From contig DATBJR010000049.1 of assembly GCA_036556325.1 (NCBI GenBank), forward strand, positions 24,538-88,537: a stretch of 64,000 bases of DNA, given 5' to 3'. The stretch comes from Candidatus Limnocylindria bacterium (GTDB taxonomy: Bacteria; Chloroflexota; Limnocylindria; QHBO01). A model generated the notes under the pieces. It saw only the letters and a program-made list of their open reading frames with translations, did no database searches and was not told the DNA's origin. The translations under genes were made by a program, and so were the position numbers. Positions 62,105 through 64,000 of this stretch are shown piece after piece (within the stretch, counting starts at the first letter, position 1; every line of letters starts with the position of its first letter).

Positions 62105-62790
62105 CCATGCTGATCGGCTCCGGACGCGCGTCATCGGGCCAGGGCCCGGTCTGCGATCGCTGCGGCCGGCCGGAGCCCGATCGCTATCGCTTCTGCCCGG
62201 AATGCGAGCTGTTCGTGTGCGCCCAGTGCTGGGACCCGGAGAGCGGTGTCTGTCTCAGCTCGTCACGTCCGAACCTGCCGGCCCCCGGCCTGCTGCCGAT
62301 TTCGATCAGGAACACCATCGGCCAGCGCTCGGCCGGTGTCTCCATGAGCGCGAGCCGGGTCGGCCAGGCGCTCGTCGGGCGCGGCGCACGGCGCCCGGAC
62401 CCTGCGCCCCGCGCATCGGGCGTGGCTGCAGCTCGGCCCTCGCGGGCGAAGGCGCAGGTTGCGCCGGTAGGCATGCTGGCCGTCGTCGCAGCGGGCGTGC
62501 TCTTCGCGGTGGCGCTCTTCGCGGTTCCAGCGCTCGTGCGACTGGGGTCGGATGGGCCGCAGGCCTCGGTTCCTCCCGCGGTCGCCACCCGGGAGAGCGG
62601 AGTGCAGGGCGGGACGTCAACCAAACAGACAGCCCGGAAGTACGTGGTGCGGCCCGGGGACACGCTGCGATCGATCGCTGCCCGGCTCTACGGCAACGAG
62701 GATCGCTGGTCCGATCTGTACCGGGCCAATCGCAAGGTCATCGACGATCCGGACGCGCTCGGGGTGGGCACCACCCTCACCGTGCCGTAG
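62101..62790 (+). CDS. Zinc-ribbon / TM / LysM domain protein
   Basis: N-terminal CDRCG...CPEC...CAQC zinc-ribbon cysteines. Central TM MLAVVAAGVLFAVALFAV. C-terminal LysM YVVRPGDTLRSIAARLYG...LGVGTTLTVP. GTG overlaps the DegT stop. Confidence 0.7.
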   Translation: MTMLIGSGRASSGQGPVCDRCGRPEPDRYRFCPECELFVCAQCWDPESGVCLSSSRPNLPAPGLLPISIRNTIGQRSAGVSMSASRVGQALVGRGARRPDPAPRASGVAAARPSRAKAQVAPVGMLAVVAAGVLFAVALFAVPALVRLGSDGPQASVPPAVATRESGVQGGTSTKQTARKYVVRPGDTLRSIAARLYGNEDRWSDLYRANRKVIDDPDALGVGTTLTVP

Positions 62791-62820
62791 GCCGCAGCGA
62801 GCGCCTCCCGGGACGCCGGG

Positions 62821-64000
62821 TCAGGGGCGGACCGTCGTCTCCTGGCCGCCTGGCGTGTCTCGCACCTGGACGCCCATGGCCGCGAGCTCGTCCCGTAATC
62901 GGTCGGAGGTCGTGAAATCGCGCGCGGCCCGCGCCGCCGCCCGCTGGTCCAGCAGCTCGGCGGCGCCTGCCGGGAGCTCACCCCCGGTCTCGACGGGGGC
63001 GTCCAGGGAGAGTCCCAGCACCCGGTCGAAGTCGAGCAGCAGCGCCCGGCGCTGGGGCGGCGTCAGGTCATCGGCAGATGCCACCGTGTGGGCGACGGCC
63101 AGCGCGGCCGGCAGGCCGAGGTCCTCCGAGATTGCCTCCACGAAGCGCGTGCGATGGGCAGCCATCGGCGCATTGCCAAGGTCGACATCGGCGCCCTCCA
63201 AAGCGCCGGCGGCCACCGCACGGCGCAGGCGCCGCAGGCCGGCCGATGCGGCGACCATGGCCTCCTCGGTGAAGTCGAGCTTCGAGCGATAGTGCGCGGT
63301 GAGGGCCAGGTAACGGAATGCGAGCGGCTCGAAGCCCTTGTCGGGCAGGTCGCTGACCCGGATCACGTTCCCCGCGGACTTCGCCATCTTCGCGTCGGCC
63401 AGCGTCAGGAACTCGCCGTGCATCCAGATGCTGACCACCGGATGGCCGAGCACCCCCTCCGACTGCGCGATCTCGTCCTCGTGATGCGGGAACTTCAGGT
63501 CGATCCCGCCGGTGTGGATGTCGAATCGCTCGCCGAGGTACTTGATCGACATGGCCGAGCACTCGATATGCCACCCCGGGAAGCCCTCGCCCCAGGGTGA
63601 CGGCCACGTCATGAGCCGGGCGGGCTCCGCCGCCTTCCAGAGCGCGAAGTCCTCCGGGTCGCGCTTGTCGCTCTCCACGTCCACCCGATGTCCGGCGCGC
63701 AGCTGGTCCAGGCGCTGCCCGGAGAGGCGGCCGTAGCCCGGGAACTCGCTGACGTCGTAGTAGACGTTGCCGTCGACCTCGTAGGCCAGGCCGCGTTCCA
63801 GCAGCGTCCGCGTCATGGCCACCATCTCCGGGATATGGTCGGTGGCGCGCGGCATGATGTCGGCGGGCGGCATGTTCAGCAGCGCTTCATCTTCGAGCCA
63901 GGCGTCGGTGTAGAACGCGGCGATCTCCATGGGCGACTTGCCCTCGACCTCGGCGGCCAGCAGGATCGGGTCCTCGCCGGTGTCCCGCATGTGGCCGACG
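62821..64000 (-). CDS. cysS: Cysteine--tRNA ligase (N-terminus beyond window edge)
   Basis: FDIHTGGIDLKFPHHEDEIAQS and KMAKSAGN (KMSKS) motifs. The HIGH region is expected upstream of nt 64000. Confidence 0.9.
   Translation of the reverse strand, partial: VGHMRDTGEDPILLAAEVEGKSPMEIAAFYTDAWLEDEALLNMPPADIMPRATDHIPEMVAMTRTLLERGLAYEVDGNVYYDVSEFPGYGRLSGQRLDQLRAGHRVDVESDKRDPEDFALWKAAEPARLMTWPSPWGEGFPGWHIECSAMSIKYLGERFDIHTGGIDLKFPHHEDEIAQSEGVLGHPVVSIWMHGEFLTLADAKMAKSAGNVIRVSDLPDKGFEPLAFRYLALTAHYRSKLDFTEEAMVAASAGLRRLRRAVAAGALEGADVDLGNAPMAAHRTRFVEAISEDLGLPAALAVAHTVASADDLTPPQRRALLLDFDRVLGLSLDAPVETGGELPAGAAELLDQRAAARAARDFTTSDRLRDELAAMGVQVRDTPGGQETTVRP

Noticed and set aside
30603-62790. Possibility that the polysaccharide locus is a horizontally acquired island or mobile element
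   Set aside because: There is no integrase, transposase, flanking tRNA or terminal repeats. By eye, GC content and codon style match the flanking PPP operon and cysS. Acquisition cannot be supported from this window.

Overview
High-GC bacterial chromosomal window (roughly 70% GC by eye, not computed). It is gene-dense. I found no rRNA, tRNA, CRISPR array, transposase or integrase. The many long R/G/P/A-rich ORFs in the six-frame track are antisense or alternative-frame shadows of the real genes.

Layout:
(i) 1-19.8 kb holds a mix of housekeeping and accessory genes. These are a SAM methyltransferase, DUF885, a GNAT, an AlkZ/YcaQ-family DNA glycosylase, a TMEM175-like channel, a stand-alone LigD-type polymerase, YihY, an M23 peptidase, glgP, a 904-aa HTH plus hyper-acidic repeat protein, an FAD oxidoreductase, a MarR-MFS pair, pncA and a zinc-ribbon protein.
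(ii) 20.1-29.5 kb is a seven-gene pentose-phosphate operon, tkt-tal-pgi-gnd-zwf-opcA-pgl.
(iii) 30.6-62.8 kb is a ~32 kb Wzx/Wzy-type polysaccharide locus, followed by a truncated cysS.

The polysaccharide locus is the stand-out. It has a priming phosphoglycosyl transferase, four GT-B glycosyltransferases, a flippase and a Wzy-like polymerase. It also has two nucleotide-sugar 6-dehydrogenases (AlgD-like and Ugd-like), an epimerase, and an oxidoreductase/aminotransferase pair for an amino sugar. A secreted beta-propeller-CBM protein and a membrane-anchored pectate-lyase-like enzyme are present. Most unusually, it carries eight sulfotransferase genes from at least three subfamilies. Three further features are unusual: a chain-length-determinant (Wzz/PCP) protein fused to a catalytically dead GGDEF domain that keeps an RxxD I-site, two translationally coupled multi-domain putative kinases, and a degenerate receiver-like protein.

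My working hypothesis is a c-di-GMP-gated pathway for a heavily sulfated (possibly also phosphorylated), uronic-acid-rich, glycosaminoglycan-like exopolysaccharide in a monoderm-type high-GC bacterium. OpcA, the LigD-type polymerase and the short PCP fit Actinomycetota or Chloroflexota, but this taxonomy is inference only. All functional calls rest on motifs read by eye. No database search was run.
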